This document shows, piece by piece, positions 19,191 through 29,296 of a stretch of DNA of 64,000 nucleotides. The translations under genes were made by a program, and so were the position numbers. Under the pieces are notes generated by a model. The model saw only the letters and a program-made list of their open reading frames with translations, was not told the origin of the DNA and did no database searches. How positions within the stretch are numbered: the first letter of the stretch is position 1; the number at the start of each line of letters is the position of its first letter. Origin of the DNA: Bacteroidota bacterium (GTDB taxonomy: Bacteria > Bacteroidota > Bacteroidia > 2-12-FULL-35-15). The stretch covers positions 1,356,411-1,420,410 of the forward strand of contig JAOQAE010000002.1 of assembly GCA_025963725.1 (NCBI GenBank). The letters are read 5' to 3'.

Positions 19191-20471
19191 ATGAAAAAGA
19201 TCTTACTTACCCTTTCCTCCTTTTTGAGCGTTTTCCTTTGCCAGGCGCAATGGGCCCCGCTAAACTCCACCACTACCGTAAAGCTGAACGATGTGGATTT
19301 CATCGACGAGAATTACGGCGTGATCGTTGGCGACGGCAACACCATTCTCCTCACCACCGATGGCGGGATCACCTGGAACGACGCCAACCATCACAACATT
19401 AGCGGCGATGTAACAAATGTAACACTGATCTCCACCGACACGATGTATGTGAGCACCTACGACTTCAGCAGCGCCACCGGAACAGTTTATTATTCTACCG
19501 ATGCAGGCTTAAGCTGGGCGCCTGTTGCAGCAGACCCGGGGCTCAACCACCGCATCGATCTTGAAATGAACGCTCCTTCCGGGAAGCTGTTCGCATCTTC
19601 AAGCCACCTGATCTCTTCGGATGACCATGGCACAACCTGGGACACGCTATTAAGTAACATTGCAGGAACAACCTCTACCGACCTGCTGCATTTTGCCGAC
19701 AGCCAGACGGGAAGCCTCTCGGGAAACATTTCCGGTTTTATCGGCTATTCAGCATACTTTTTCCGCACGGAAGATGCGGGCGCGCACTGGTATGCAGGCG
19801 ACCCTTTCTCTTTCCCGAATTCCAATGCGCTTACCACCATGTGCTTCGTGAATGCCGACACTGCTTTTGCATTCATGAACCAGTACAGCGGCTGGGCACC
19901 TTCGGCAGTGAACAGGCTGGTGAAGATCTTTAACTTCAACCTTTCCATTCCTTCACCGGGTGATACTTCCTACGTATTCAGCAACCAGATGGTGAACACC
20001 ACCATGCCGGATTATATGAACGATGCGCGTTTCGAGGATTCTTCGAACGGGCTTGCTGTAGGGAACGCAGGAAAGATCTACCGCACCACCAACGGCGGTA
20101 CCTCCTGGACAGTTGATTACACAGATACCTGCAGCAGCTGCCCGATCCTGAAAATGGATTTTGAAAACGGCACTGGCTACGCAGTGGGCGCGAACGGGAT
20201 CCTTGTGAAATACGGTGTTACAACCGGCACTCCTGAAGCTGCTGCCGCAAGCTTCGGCATTTATCCGAACCCCGGACACGATGTATTTTATATTAAGACA
20301 AATTCAGCCAAAGCATCCCTTGAAGTTTACAATGCCATTGGCGAGCTGATCACAGCTGCTGAAACAGGCAATGAATACAGGCTTGACCTTTCGGGATATT
20401 CAAAAGGAATTTATTTTGCGAAGCTGACCGTTAATGGAAAAGCAGTGAGTAAAAAGATAGTGCTGGAATAA
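19191..20471 (+). CDS. T9SS type A cargo protein with YCF48/BNR (Asp-box) propeller
   Basis: Signal peptide from ATG 19191; TTDGGITW, STDAGLSW, SDDHGTTW and TTNGGTSW repeats; IYPNPG...GIYFAKL. Confidence 0.88.
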   Translation: MKKILLTLSSFLSVFLCQAQWAPLNSTTTVKLNDVDFIDENYGVIVGDGNTILLTTDGGITWNDANHHNISGDVTNVTLISTDTMYVSTYDFSSATGTVYYSTDAGLSWAPVAADPGLNHRIDLEMNAPSGKLFASSSHLISSDDHGTTWDTLLSNIAGTTSTDLLHFADSQTGSLSGNISGFIGYSAYFFRTEDAGAHWYAGDPFSFPNSNALTTMCFVNADTAFAFMNQYSGWAPSAVNRLVKIFNFNLSIPSPGDTSYVFSNQMVNTTMPDYMNDARFEDSSNGLAVGNAGKIYRTTNGGTSWTVDYTDTCSSCPILKMDFENGTGYAVGANGILVKYGVTTGTPEAAAASFGIYPNPGHDVFYIKTNSAKASLEVYNAIGELITAAETGNEYRLDLSGYSKGIYFAKLTVNGKAVSKKIVLE

Positions 20472-20493
20472 TTAAAATGAGATTTATAAAATG

Positions 20494-20521
20494 AAAAGAG
20501 CTGCATGATGCGGCTCTTTTT
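20494..20521 (+). terminator. Rho-independent terminator
   Basis: aaaagagctgca-tga-tgcggctcttttt hairpin with T-tract. Confidence 0.75.
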
Positions 20522-20649
20522 GTTTTATATCAAAGCGGTACCGGGAAAGGAGAAATCAGGGAATTAAAATTTTGTACTATATTAGCTATCACGACTCCTC
20601 TAACGAGCTTTCGGGCCAACAGCAAAACCAAATAACCAAACTATAAATT

Positions 20650-22167
20650 ATGATAACAGAGAACCCGACCAGCTCACTTGAAAAAATATTTTCAGGCGCT
20701 TCCTTTAAAAACCTTGATCAGGCCGCATTGGTAAAACAATTTGACATTTCGCCGCAGCTCCGTAAAAACAATTCAGCGGCAAAGCCTGCAGCCGCATACG
20801 TGCCGCAGGTTGGCCCTGACATAAGCAACATTCCTTCCGGGGGTATTATAATAAATCAGCCGGGACAATACCGGTTCTTAAATGATATAACATGGGCCCC
20901 TGCAGGTGCAGGTGCGGCTATTCTTGTATTAGCCAATGATGTAGTGCTGGACCTGAAGGGGTTCACATTAACGGTAAATGCGCCCGGGCCAAATGCAGGC
21001 ACTCAATACAATGGCATCAGTTTGGGGATCAGTGATAAGGGCGTTACCACTGTAAATGCGGTTACATTGCAAAACGGAACTGTAAACGGAGCCAGTTATT
21101 ACGGAGTAAGCGCAATGCAAACAACTAATCTGCAGATCAGTAATATAACCGTTGGCAATATAAGCTATAATGAAACAGCCACAGCCAATCTAACGGCCTG
21201 TGGAATATTTATCGATTCCTCGGATGTATTTAACGTGCAGAATTGCATCGTGCAAAACATAACGGTAATGGCTCCTTCCTGTGCGGGCATCCAGATCCTT
21301 TCTTCAACCAACGGGAACGTGTCGGGCTGCACAATGAAACAATTCGTTAATTCCGACGGAGGTGTGCAGGGATTCAGCTACCTCAAATCTTCAAACATAA
21401 CTACGAATGCATGCATTTCAGAAAACTTCAGGTCGCACTACAGGGGCCAGACAGATACAACAGGCCATACGGTGATTGGTTATGTGCCGATATTTTGCAA
21501 CGACCTTGAATATAACGACTGTAGTGCCGATGGCATGACGGGCTGCTGCGATGATTGCCATGGCATGTCGGTTTTCCTGAATTCATACGTCCAGGTAAAT
21601 AATTTCAGCGCTACAAATGTGATCGATGGCGCGTGCAGCGTGAACACGGGGGCGAAAGCTACCGGACTGGAAGTTTACGGCGATTATATTACAATAAACA
21701 ATTGCACTTCGAGCAACATTAAAGCTATTGTTCCACAGGACTTACAAAGCGCGGGGTTCAGCGCATGGGGAACAAACATTACATTTAACAACTGCGTGGC
21801 AACGGATGTACTTGTCCTGGATGCCAATCAACAGCCCTCAACCCAGTACGGTTATGGTGTAGGCTTTGGCTGGGCGCCTGATCCCCGTACCGTATTTAAT
21901 TTCAACTCAACACCGGCACACCTTACGCAATACAACAACTGTAACGCAAATAATTGCCAGGTTGGCTTCGATACATGGTTTCATACGAATTCACAATGGA
22001 ACAATGTGATGACACAAGATTGCCCTATTTTTATTCTGGCAGAAAAGTATGGTACGCCGAGAACACTTTCTATGGACAAATGTTCCGAGTCGCCCAGCGG
22101 AGAGCCCGTATCGGTTACTATCACCAACATAGCTGCCGATAATACCTTTCCACAACTTCACGTATAG
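20650..22167 (+). CDS. Right-handed parallel beta-helix repeat protein, Cys-rich, no evident signal peptide
   Basis: INQPGQYRFLNDI, NDVVLDLKGFTL, VTLQNGTV and repeated x-I-xNCx-x-xN units. Confidence 0.7.
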   Translation: MITENPTSSLEKIFSGASFKNLDQAALVKQFDISPQLRKNNSAAKPAAAYVPQVGPDISNIPSGGIIINQPGQYRFLNDITWAPAGAGAAILVLANDVVLDLKGFTLTVNAPGPNAGTQYNGISLGISDKGVTTVNAVTLQNGTVNGASYYGVSAMQTTNLQISNITVGNISYNETATANLTACGIFIDSSDVFNVQNCIVQNITVMAPSCAGIQILSSTNGNVSGCTMKQFVNSDGGVQGFSYLKSSNITTNACISENFRSHYRGQTDTTGHTVIGYVPIFCNDLEYNDCSADGMTGCCDDCHGMSVFLNSYVQVNNFSATNVIDGACSVNTGAKATGLEVYGDYITINNCTSSNIKAIVPQDLQSAGFSAWGTNITFNNCVATDVLVLDANQQPSTQYGYGVGFGWAPDPRTVFNFNSTPAHLTQYNNCNANNCQVGFDTWFHTNSQWNNVMTQDCPIFILAEKYGTPRTLSMDKCSESPSGEPVSVTITNIAADNTFPQLHV

Positions 22168-22198
22168 TCTTTTAAATTTTCTAAGGGCTATTTTTCTA

Positions 22199-22238
22199 AA
22201 ATGCCGGACTGATCCAGGAAGCGATCGGTCCGGTATTT
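22199..22238. terminator. Bidirectional terminator hairpin between convergent genes
   Basis: atgccggactgatc / gatcggtccggtat stem flanked by A- and T-tracts. Confidence 0.65.
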
Positions 22239-22239
22239 A

Positions 22240-23118
22240 TTACAAATACCTTTTTAAGGTCATCTCCACTTCCTTCGCATATCCGCCTCCGAATAAATTC
22301 ACGTGCACCAGCAAAGGATATAAATTACACAGCTCCATACGCTGCTCCCAGCCTTTTTCCATTGGGAAAGCCTCGTTGTATGAGCGGTAAAATGCCGGCG
22401 GGAAGCCTCCGAACAGCCGCGTCATGGCGAGATCCATTTCCCTGTGCCCGTAATACACAGCAGGATCATACATACAGGGATTTCTATCCGCGTCGGTCAT
22501 AAAATTTCCGCTCCAGAGGTCGCCATGCAGTAATGCAGGCTTCTCCTGCGGGAATAGCTGATCCATTTTACCAAAGAGGCGTTCAAATGAAGTGAGGATG
22601 CTCCTGCTTATTTTTCGCTGATCGTAGGCTGGCTGCAATTGCTTCAACAAGCGCTCATGAATAAAGAACTCCGGCCAGGAAGCATGAAAGGAATTTGTTT
22701 GTTTCAATGAGCCGATGTAATTATCGTGACCGAGGCCGAAATGCTCATTGCTGCGCCGGTGCATTTGGGCAAGCAGCCTGCCGAACTCCTCGAAGGAGCG
22801 GTCTGTATTAATGCCGGGCATCAGATATTCAAGCACAAGAAATGCCTGTTCATCAGCAAGCCCGTTTATAATTACAGTCGGAATTTTTATTTCTGAATTT
22901 TTCGCGAGCAGCTCCAGTCCTTTGCATTCCGCTTCGAACATTCCCGGGAATTTTCCGGCATTGTTCAGCTTCATAAAATAATCGGAACCACCGGCCGATA
23001 TTTTATAAGCTTCGTTGATGCTGCCGCCCGAAAGGCTGCTGGCAGCAGTGATCTTCGCAGGCTTTGAAAAATGAAGCGTGAGCGCCTGCTCTATCTGTGA
23101 AACAAGGGAAACATCCAC
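22240..23118 (-). CDS. Fructosamine kinase family protein
   Basis: GGSIN, FEAE..GL, LLHGDLWSGN and DPAVYYGHREMDLAM motifs; GTG start. Confidence 0.92.
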   Translation of the reverse strand: MDVSLVSQIEQALTLHFSKPAKITAASSLSGGSINEAYKISAGGSDYFMKLNNAGKFPGMFEAECKGLELLAKNSEIKIPTVIINGLADEQAFLVLEYLMPGINTDRSFEEFGRLLAQMHRRSNEHFGLGHDNYIGSLKQTNSFHASWPEFFIHERLLKQLQPAYDQRKISRSILTSFERLFGKMDQLFPQEKPALLHGDLWSGNFMTDADRNPCMYDPAVYYGHREMDLAMTRLFGGFPPAFYRSYNEAFPMEKGWEQRMELCNLYPLLVHVNLFGGGYAKEVEMTLKRYL

Positions 23119-23127
23119 AGAATAAGC

Positions 23128-25119
23128 CTATTTGGTTTGTGCGGGGATCAGGCCTAATTTTTCCAGTTCTTCAAGGTACACACGCTTGCCCTGGTAAATT
23201 GCCGTTACGAAAGCATCTGTTTGTCCTGCAGCCCTTACCTTATCCTTGTGCGCAATTGCTTCGTTCAGCGTATTAAATGCGCCACCGATCGTGAAACGCG
23301 TGATGCCGTCATCCAGCAAAAGCTTTTCCACTTTGCCAAGGCCTTTTAAGTGATTGTAATTATAATTCTTTGGCAGGTTATACGCTGCGATCTGCACCTT
23401 GAACTCCAAGCCTTCCTTGGATGAATTCCCAACCCTGTTCACTACTTCCCCGATCGTTGGCTTGCGCGCTACGGTATCTGTTTTTACAGGAGGAATAGAA
23501 TCGGCCTTCGGCAGCGTATCCTTCGGGATCGTAAAATTAATGTTCACTTTCTTTTCGGTGTAAGCGGAGAGCGCGCGCGCTTCTACATTTACTGTCTGCG
23601 AAGGATAATCCTTCAATGAATAGGTTACCTTATAATCCGTGCCCGGTGGCAGGTTCACGAGGTAGCTTCCGCTCTGTAAGTTGGAGGCAAATTCACGGAA
23701 CACCGTATTCCCGCTTGTCGTTTCCACTTTGATCTGTGCTTCCACCGGTTTTGAATCAACAGTTGTGATCCCGCTCAGCATGAATACGGCCGGCGCTTTC
23801 ATCACCTTGCTCACGTCCACGGAATAAATATCCTGCAAACCAAAGCCGCCCGATTTACCGGAAGCATAATATCCTCTTGTTCCGTTTGCAGCCAGCACAA
23901 AGTAAATGTCCTCATCCGGCGTATTGATCGGGTAGCCCATATTTACGGGCGTCGACCAGGATGAATCCTTCGGGTTCAGCTCTGTTTTAAAAATATCGTA
24001 GCCGCCCATGCTGTTCAATCCCTTTGAGCTGTAAAGCATGGTAACGCCATCGGGATGTATGAAAGGCGCATCGTCATCATATACCGTATTCACGGTTGCT
24101 CCCAGGTTTTTGATCTTCCCCCAGGATCCGTCAGGCATAAGGCTTGCCATGTATAAGTCTTTCCCGCCGAAGCCTCCCGGCCATTCGCTTGAAAAGTAAA
24201 GTATTTTTTCATCGGCCGATAAAGAAGCGCTGCCTTCCCATGCGGAAGTGTTCACATCCCCTCTTAGCTTCTCCGGCTCGCTCCAGGTATCTCCGCGCAG
24301 TACGCTTATATAAATGTCGCCGCCATCGTACCCGTTATCGCGGAACACAAATAATTTCTGCCCGTCGTTCGAGATCCCGATCGCAGCATCATGCGCATTG
24401 GTATTGATGTTTGGCCCTATGCTGCCACCGGCAACCCACTTATCACCTTCTTTGTGCGTGATGAACACATCCTCGTAATAGATCCCGAACTCATCGGGCT
24501 GGTTAAATGCGTTCTGCTTTCCGCCGGTGCTTTCATCGCCGCGGTAAGTATAGATCATCACCTGCTCATCGGAAGAGATCACGGGCACATATTCGGAATT
24601 GGTGGTATTCACGATCTCGCCGATGTTCTCGATCTGCGCCTCTACCGGCGAGGCAACAAGGGCCTTCGCATTATTACAATAGGAGGCCAGCTGTTCGGCC
24701 AGCTTCTTTTTCTCAGGGGTGGTGCTTTTTCGCTTTACGTATTTATCAAGCATCGCGAGCGCCTCATCAAATTTATAATTGTAATGATAAGCACGGGCAA
24801 TGTCGTACTCCACATCGGCAGCTTTCTTGTTCTTTTCATAAACCTGCAACAGCAGTTCCAGCGCACGCGCGTGGTAATCGCTGCGGTAAAGCCCGCAGAT
24901 GCCCGTCACATATTTCAGGTAGGTTTCCTTCGGATGGTTTTCCAGCATCTTTTCATAATACGGCAGGGCCATAACAAAGTTCTCTTCCTCGAACATCGTT
25001 TGTGCTTTGGCCAGGGAATCGAGCTCTGTCTTTCGCCATTTCCGGGTTTTCATGCTTCCCTGTGAAAAGGCTGCATGCACCGAGCACAGGATCAGCAACA
25101 GGAGTAGATTTTTTTTCAT
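23128..25119 (-). CDS. PorE-like TPR + PD40/WD40 propeller protein with one C-terminal SPOR-like domain
   Basis: Signal peptide; TPRs; PD40 repeats (GG.DIY.S, NLG..VNT, D.PFIHPDG); carboxypeptidase-regulatory-like domain; C-terminal FKVQIAAY...DAFVTA. Confidence 0.75.
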   Translation of the reverse strand: MKKNLLLLLILCSVHAAFSQGSMKTRKWRKTELDSLAKAQTMFEEENFVMALPYYEKMLENHPKETYLKYVTGICGLYRSDYHARALELLLQVYEKNKKAADVEYDIARAYHYNYKFDEALAMLDKYVKRKSTTPEKKKLAEQLASYCNNAKALVASPVEAQIENIGEIVNTTNSEYVPVISSDEQVMIYTYRGDESTGGKQNAFNQPDEFGIYYEDVFITHKEGDKWVAGGSIGPNINTNAHDAAIGISNDGQKLFVFRDNGYDGGDIYISVLRGDTWSEPEKLRGDVNTSAWEGSASLSADEKILYFSSEWPGGFGGKDLYMASLMPDGSWGKIKNLGATVNTVYDDDAPFIHPDGVTMLYSSKGLNSMGGYDIFKTELNPKDSSWSTPVNMGYPINTPDEDIYFVLAANGTRGYYASGKSGGFGLQDIYSVDVSKVMKAPAVFMLSGITTVDSKPVEAQIKVETTSGNTVFREFASNLQSGSYLVNLPPGTDYKVTYSLKDYPSQTVNVEARALSAYTEKKVNINFTIPKDTLPKADSIPPVKTDTVARKPTIGEVVNRVGNSSKEGLEFKVQIAAYNLPKNYNYNHLKGLGKVEKLLLDDGITRFTIGGAFNTLNEAIAHKDKVRAAGQTDAFVTAIYQGKRVYLEELEKLGLIPAQTK

Positions 25120-25171
25120 AACCGTAAAGATTGATTGCCTGCTCAAAAATAGTTAATTTTACACTCGAATT

Positions 25172-25387
25172 ATGAACCTGCAGGCCCCGCATACTCCCAA
25201 CATGTACCGTGAAAATATCCGGCTTGGACTTCTCGTGGACGTTGTATTAAAAAAAGACCAGCGCACCGGTAAGCGAACCAGGGGAAAAGTTCAGGCGATC
25301 CTCACGAGCAGCCCCTTTCACTCACGCGGCATCAAAGTGATGCTCGATACACGGCAGGTGGGCCGCGTCCAGGAAATTATCGGTTAA
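25172..25387 (+). CDS. YwbE (DUF2196) family protein
   Basis: VDVVLKKDQRTGKRTRG.V..ILT.S.FH.RGIKVML..GRVQ signature; start may be 25202. Confidence 0.88.
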   Translation: MNLQAPHTPNMYRENIRLGLLVDVVLKKDQRTGKRTRGKVQAILTSSPFHSRGIKVMLDTRQVGRVQEIIG

Positions 25388-28203
25388 TTGATCCTCTTAT
25401 TGAAAAAATTGTTGGCGATCAGTTCCTGCAGTAGCATGCGCTTGCCCTGGTACACTGCGGTGATCCACGCATCTTTCGTTCCCAGGCGGATACACTCCTG
25501 GCGGAACGCTTCCGCATCCTTTATCGTAGTGAAATCGCGCATGGTGAAACGCGTGATCCCGTCGGGATACGGCAATACCAGTGTCGGCGGCGGCTCCAGT
25601 GAATTCAGGTTCTTGTGCTTGAAATTCTGCGGATGCCTGTAAGCGCCGATCTGCACGCGGAAGACCAGTCCTTCCGAACAGATGCTTCCCGCCTGCGCGA
25701 TCAGCCTGTCATATACTTCCTTATTATTCAGGTCTTTCCCTACAAAGGCTGTAAAATCGGCATTAGCGCCCGGATCGCATGGATTATTATATTCCTCGAG
25801 GGTTTTACGCGTGCCGAAGAAGAACACCGTAACAATTGATTTGGAAGCATCCGGCTCCTTCTCGATCAGGTTCTTTTTGAATGCATCCGCTTCTGCCAGG
25901 GTTTTAAAAGGGCCGAATGTGTATCTGATCTTTCCGTCAGGATAGGTCTTCTTCTCTATCTTGCCGTATTTGCTTAAGTGATCAAGCTTGAAATCCTCTT
26001 CCTTATCCACCGCCGCGATCTCTACCTTATAGCTCAGCCCGGAGATCTCCGATTTGCCATTGTCCTTTACAAGGTTGTTCACTTCCTCGCCGGTGTTCAG
26101 GCCGACAATCCCGCTTTTCTTCTTGATCACCCGGGTGTCTTTCGGCGCCGTGTAATCCTTGCGTGTGTATTCGCTGGCAAACTCCTGCTGGATGAGCTTG
26201 CGCTGGTTGCAGGAATCAACCGTTACGGTAATGTTCTTCAGCGATGTATCCTTTTCAATGATGCGGTATTTATAGATCTCCGCATCCAATAATGTTTTAA
26301 AGCCCTTCAGGTAAAAGGTTGTATTGCCGTTCGCATCCGTCCTGCTCTTAATGCTGTCAACACCTGTTAATTTTTCAGCGCTGAAATCCGCGGCATTCTC
26401 AAATGTTCCAAGCTCCACATTGTACGTTACGCACTCTTTTTTACGGTCGCCGTATTTTTTCAGGATCTCCTGGTACACCCGCGCTTCGTACACTTCAGCC
26501 TTCTTCTCCTCATTGAACCGCTTGATCTGCTCGTTGATCTGCGTCTGGATCACATTCGATGAATCCTTCACAGCCACCACTTCATTCTGCTTTACGTACG
26601 TTTCAGAGTAGAACTTAAAGTCCTTCTGCACCTGCACATACGTATCAAGGTTCTTTACGTTCACATACTGGTATTGCGATTCATAGCCTTCCACTTCGAT
26701 GGCCACCTTGTAATTATTGCCGGGCGTGAGCGCGATGATGTATTTCCCGGATGATGAATTGGAATGATAAGATCCCTGCTTCTCCCCGGTTTCAGCATTC
26801 GTAACGTTAATGGTAGCATCCACGGGCTTTCCGTCGGCAGTCACAGTTCCCACCACCAGCGCAAGCACGGGAGCCTCACCGAAATAACCGGGAGTTACGG
26901 TATAAAGATCCTGCTGTCCGAAGCCGCCTTTCCTGTCGGAGGAAAAATAGCCGTGCGCTCCATCGGCTGTCAGCACATAAAAGCGCTCATCTTCGGTAGT
27001 GTTGATCGGGTAGCCAAGGTTTACAGATTCATTCCACTTTCCGTCCTTGAACGTAGAATACATAATATCATATCCGCCAATGCTGTTATGTCCTTCGGAG
27101 CTGTAGAACAAAGTGATCCCGTCGGGATGGATAAAAGGGGAATCATCATTATAAGGAGTGTTGATCACAGGGCCCAGGTTTTGTGCCTTGCCCCAAGTGC
27201 CATCCGCCATTTTATCGCTTACATAAATATCCCTTCCGCCCAATCCGCCCGGACGCTCGCTTGCAAAATACAAATGCTTTTCGTCGGCCGACAATGAAAC
27301 GCTTCCTTCCCAGTATTTCGTATTGATCTCAGGGCCCAAGGGCACCGGTGCGCCCCACACTTCACCTGTTAATACGCTCATGTAAATATCGCCGCCATCC
27401 TTCGGCGTGCTGTGGAATATAAACAGCTTTTGCCCGTCGGCTGACAAGGCAATGCTGGCATCATGATTCTTTGTATTGATATTGCTTCCGATGCTTTCCG
27501 GCGTAAGCCATGCATCCCCGAGCCGGTGGGAAACAAAAACATCCTCATAATAATTCCCATTCGGGTCCGGGTTGAAATCATCATCCATTAGTCCACCTGT
27601 GCTGTTCGGGCCGGTATATGTATAGATCAGCACCGATTCATCGGAAGAGATCACGGGCACATATTCCTGGTTCTCCGTATTGATCACTTCCCCCACATTC
27701 TTGATCTCGCATTTCACCTTCAGCTCCACGAAAGCCTTACCGTTCTTGCTGTTCTCGATGTACCGCTCGGTGAGAAGGCGCTGGTTGATCGGCGGTGCAG
27801 TGGCAAGGTATTTCTTAAAATAAGTGATCGCATCATCAAACTTATAGTTCAGGTGATACGAGCGGCCAATATAAAAATCGATGTCGGGCGCATTGGGAGC
27901 AGCCTCTGCCACCTGCAGCAGCAGGTCGGTTGAGCGCTGCTTTTCATCGCTTTTATACAGCAGGCAGATCCCCGAGCGGTATTTGAAATACAATTCGTTC
28001 GGGTAAGTATCCATCAGCTGCATGTACAAAGGAAGTGCGCGGAGATAGCTTTGTTCGCTGTAAAAATATTCGGCGTTTTCCAGCTTTTGCTTATCGTCTT
28101 TGCTCAGGGTTTTCAGGTTGGGGGAAAGATCTTTCTGAGCAACTATGTTTATAGAGCTTATAAACAGGAGCACAAAGGAGATCACAAATATTTGGTTCTT
28201 CAT
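25384..28203 (-). CDS. PorE-like TPR + PD40 propeller protein with three SPOR-like repeats; paralogue of 23128-25119
   Basis: Shares EYVPVISSDE, YYEDVF and PFIHPDG blocks with the neighbour; three Y/F-x-V-E/Q-I/L...F.T..(D/E)A repeats. Confidence 0.75.
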   Translation of the reverse strand: MKNQIFVISFVLLFISSINIVAQKDLSPNLKTLSKDDKQKLENAEYFYSEQSYLRALPLYMQLMDTYPNELYFKYRSGICLLYKSDEKQRSTDLLLQVAEAAPNAPDIDFYIGRSYHLNYKFDDAITYFKKYLATAPPINQRLLTERYIENSKNGKAFVELKVKCEIKNVGEVINTENQEYVPVISSDESVLIYTYTGPNSTGGLMDDDFNPDPNGNYYEDVFVSHRLGDAWLTPESIGSNINTKNHDASIALSADGQKLFIFHSTPKDGGDIYMSVLTGEVWGAPVPLGPEINTKYWEGSVSLSADEKHLYFASERPGGLGGRDIYVSDKMADGTWGKAQNLGPVINTPYNDDSPFIHPDGITLFYSSEGHNSIGGYDIMYSTFKDGKWNESVNLGYPINTTEDERFYVLTADGAHGYFSSDRKGGFGQQDLYTVTPGYFGEAPVLALVVGTVTADGKPVDATINVTNAETGEKQGSYHSNSSSGKYIIALTPGNNYKVAIEVEGYESQYQYVNVKNLDTYVQVQKDFKFYSETYVKQNEVVAVKDSSNVIQTQINEQIKRFNEEKKAEVYEARVYQEILKKYGDRKKECVTYNVELGTFENAADFSAEKLTGVDSIKSRTDANGNTTFYLKGFKTLLDAEIYKYRIIEKDTSLKNITVTVDSCNQRKLIQQEFASEYTRKDYTAPKDTRVIKKKSGIVGLNTGEEVNNLVKDNGKSEISGLSYKVEIAAVDKEEDFKLDHLSKYGKIEKKTYPDGKIRYTFGPFKTLAEADAFKKNLIEKEPDASKSIVTVFFFGTRKTLEEYNNPCDPGANADFTAFVGKDLNNKEVYDRLIAQAGSICSEGLVFRVQIGAYRHPQNFKHKNLNSLEPPPTLVLPYPDGITRFTMRDFTTIKDAEAFRQECIRLGTKDAWITAVYQGKRMLLQELIANNFFNKRIN

Positions 28204-28443
28204 AAATATTTTTTTACCAGCCTGGAGGATAAGCCCCGGGAATAGGATGCACTAAATTGAATATAAATGAAAAAGAATCCACTGCTGTACATTCAAACTT
28301 ATAAACAGCGAGGGGTTAATAAAGGCGATAGTTATTGAAACCAGACCTCCCGCAGGCCCAATGGAATCAAATCATCCGGCTGACCGCAAATCCGATTTCA
28401 ATCAATTGATATTATTCCGTATTTTCGTTCAAAACCCAAACAA

Positions 28444-29085
28444 ATGGAATTTTTAGAAAAAGGAATTGAAGATTATTCGCTGGCGCATTCGCAGCAGGAA
28501 AGTGAGATCTTAAAAAAGGTGAACAGGGAAACGCATGCAAAAGTGATGCAGCCGAGAATGCTCTCAGGGCACATGCAGGGAAATTTCCTTTCCATGCTCA
28601 GCCACATGATCCGCCCGAAGCAGGTGCTCGAGATCGGCACTTACACAGGCTACTCTGCCATCTGCCTTGCACAGGGATTGCAGGAGGGCGGGAAGCTGCG
28701 TACCATCGATGTGAATGAGGAGCTTGAAAAAAGAGTGCGCGGTTACTTTAAGGAAGCCGGGATGGAAAACCGCATCAGCTATTATGTAGGCGACGCTATG
28801 AAGATCATTCCTTCCATCAGCGAAAAGCTCGACCTTGTATTCATTGACGCGGATAAAAAAAATTACAGCAATTATTACGATCTTGTGTTCGACAAAGTAA
28901 ACAGCGGCGGCTTTATCATTGCCGATAACGTGCTTTGGAGCGGCAAGGTGCTCGACCTGGAGAAGAACAGGGATGCAGACACACAATTGATCGATGCGTA
29001 CAATAAAAAGATCCACAACGACCCGAGAGTTGAGCATATGCTCTTACCTTTGCGCGACGGATTGATGATCGCGAGGAAATTATAG
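28444..29085 (+). CDS. Class I SAM-dependent O-methyltransferase (caffeoyl-CoA/COMT-like)
   Basis: LEIGTYTGYSA, DLVFIDADK, ADNVLWSG and LPLRDGL motifs. Confidence 0.92.
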   Translation: MEFLEKGIEDYSLAHSQQESEILKKVNRETHAKVMQPRMLSGHMQGNFLSMLSHMIRPKQVLEIGTYTGYSAICLAQGLQEGGKLRTIDVNEELEKRVRGYFKEAGMENRISYYVGDAMKIIPSISEKLDLVFIDADKKNYSNYYDLVFDKVNSGGFIIADNVLWSGKVLDLEKNRDADTQLIDAYNKKIHNDPRVEHMLLPLRDGLMIARKL

Positions 29086-29122
29086 TTGGGAGGTTGGAGT
29101 TGGTTGATGTAATGACTGTAGC

Positions 29123-29224
29123 GTCAGTTCGAGTAGTGAGGCACGAGCGTATCGAGAACAAGCCCACGCGCTTTCTCGATACTCTCCCTTCGGTCGATCC
29201 CGATAGCTATCGGGACGAAATGAC
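29123..29224. repeat. Inverted REP doublet (REPIN-like) with nested TCCCGATAGCTATCGGGA palindrome
   Basis: GTCAGTTCGAGT...GTATCGAGAA (29123-29158) faces TTCTCGATAC...AAATGAC (29173-29224); perfect 18-bp palindrome at 29198-29215. Confidence 0.75.
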
Positions 29225-29296
29225 AACACACAGATTCGTACATTAGTAAAAATTCGTAATTCGCAGGAATAAAAATTATAATCGATATAAAGTAAC

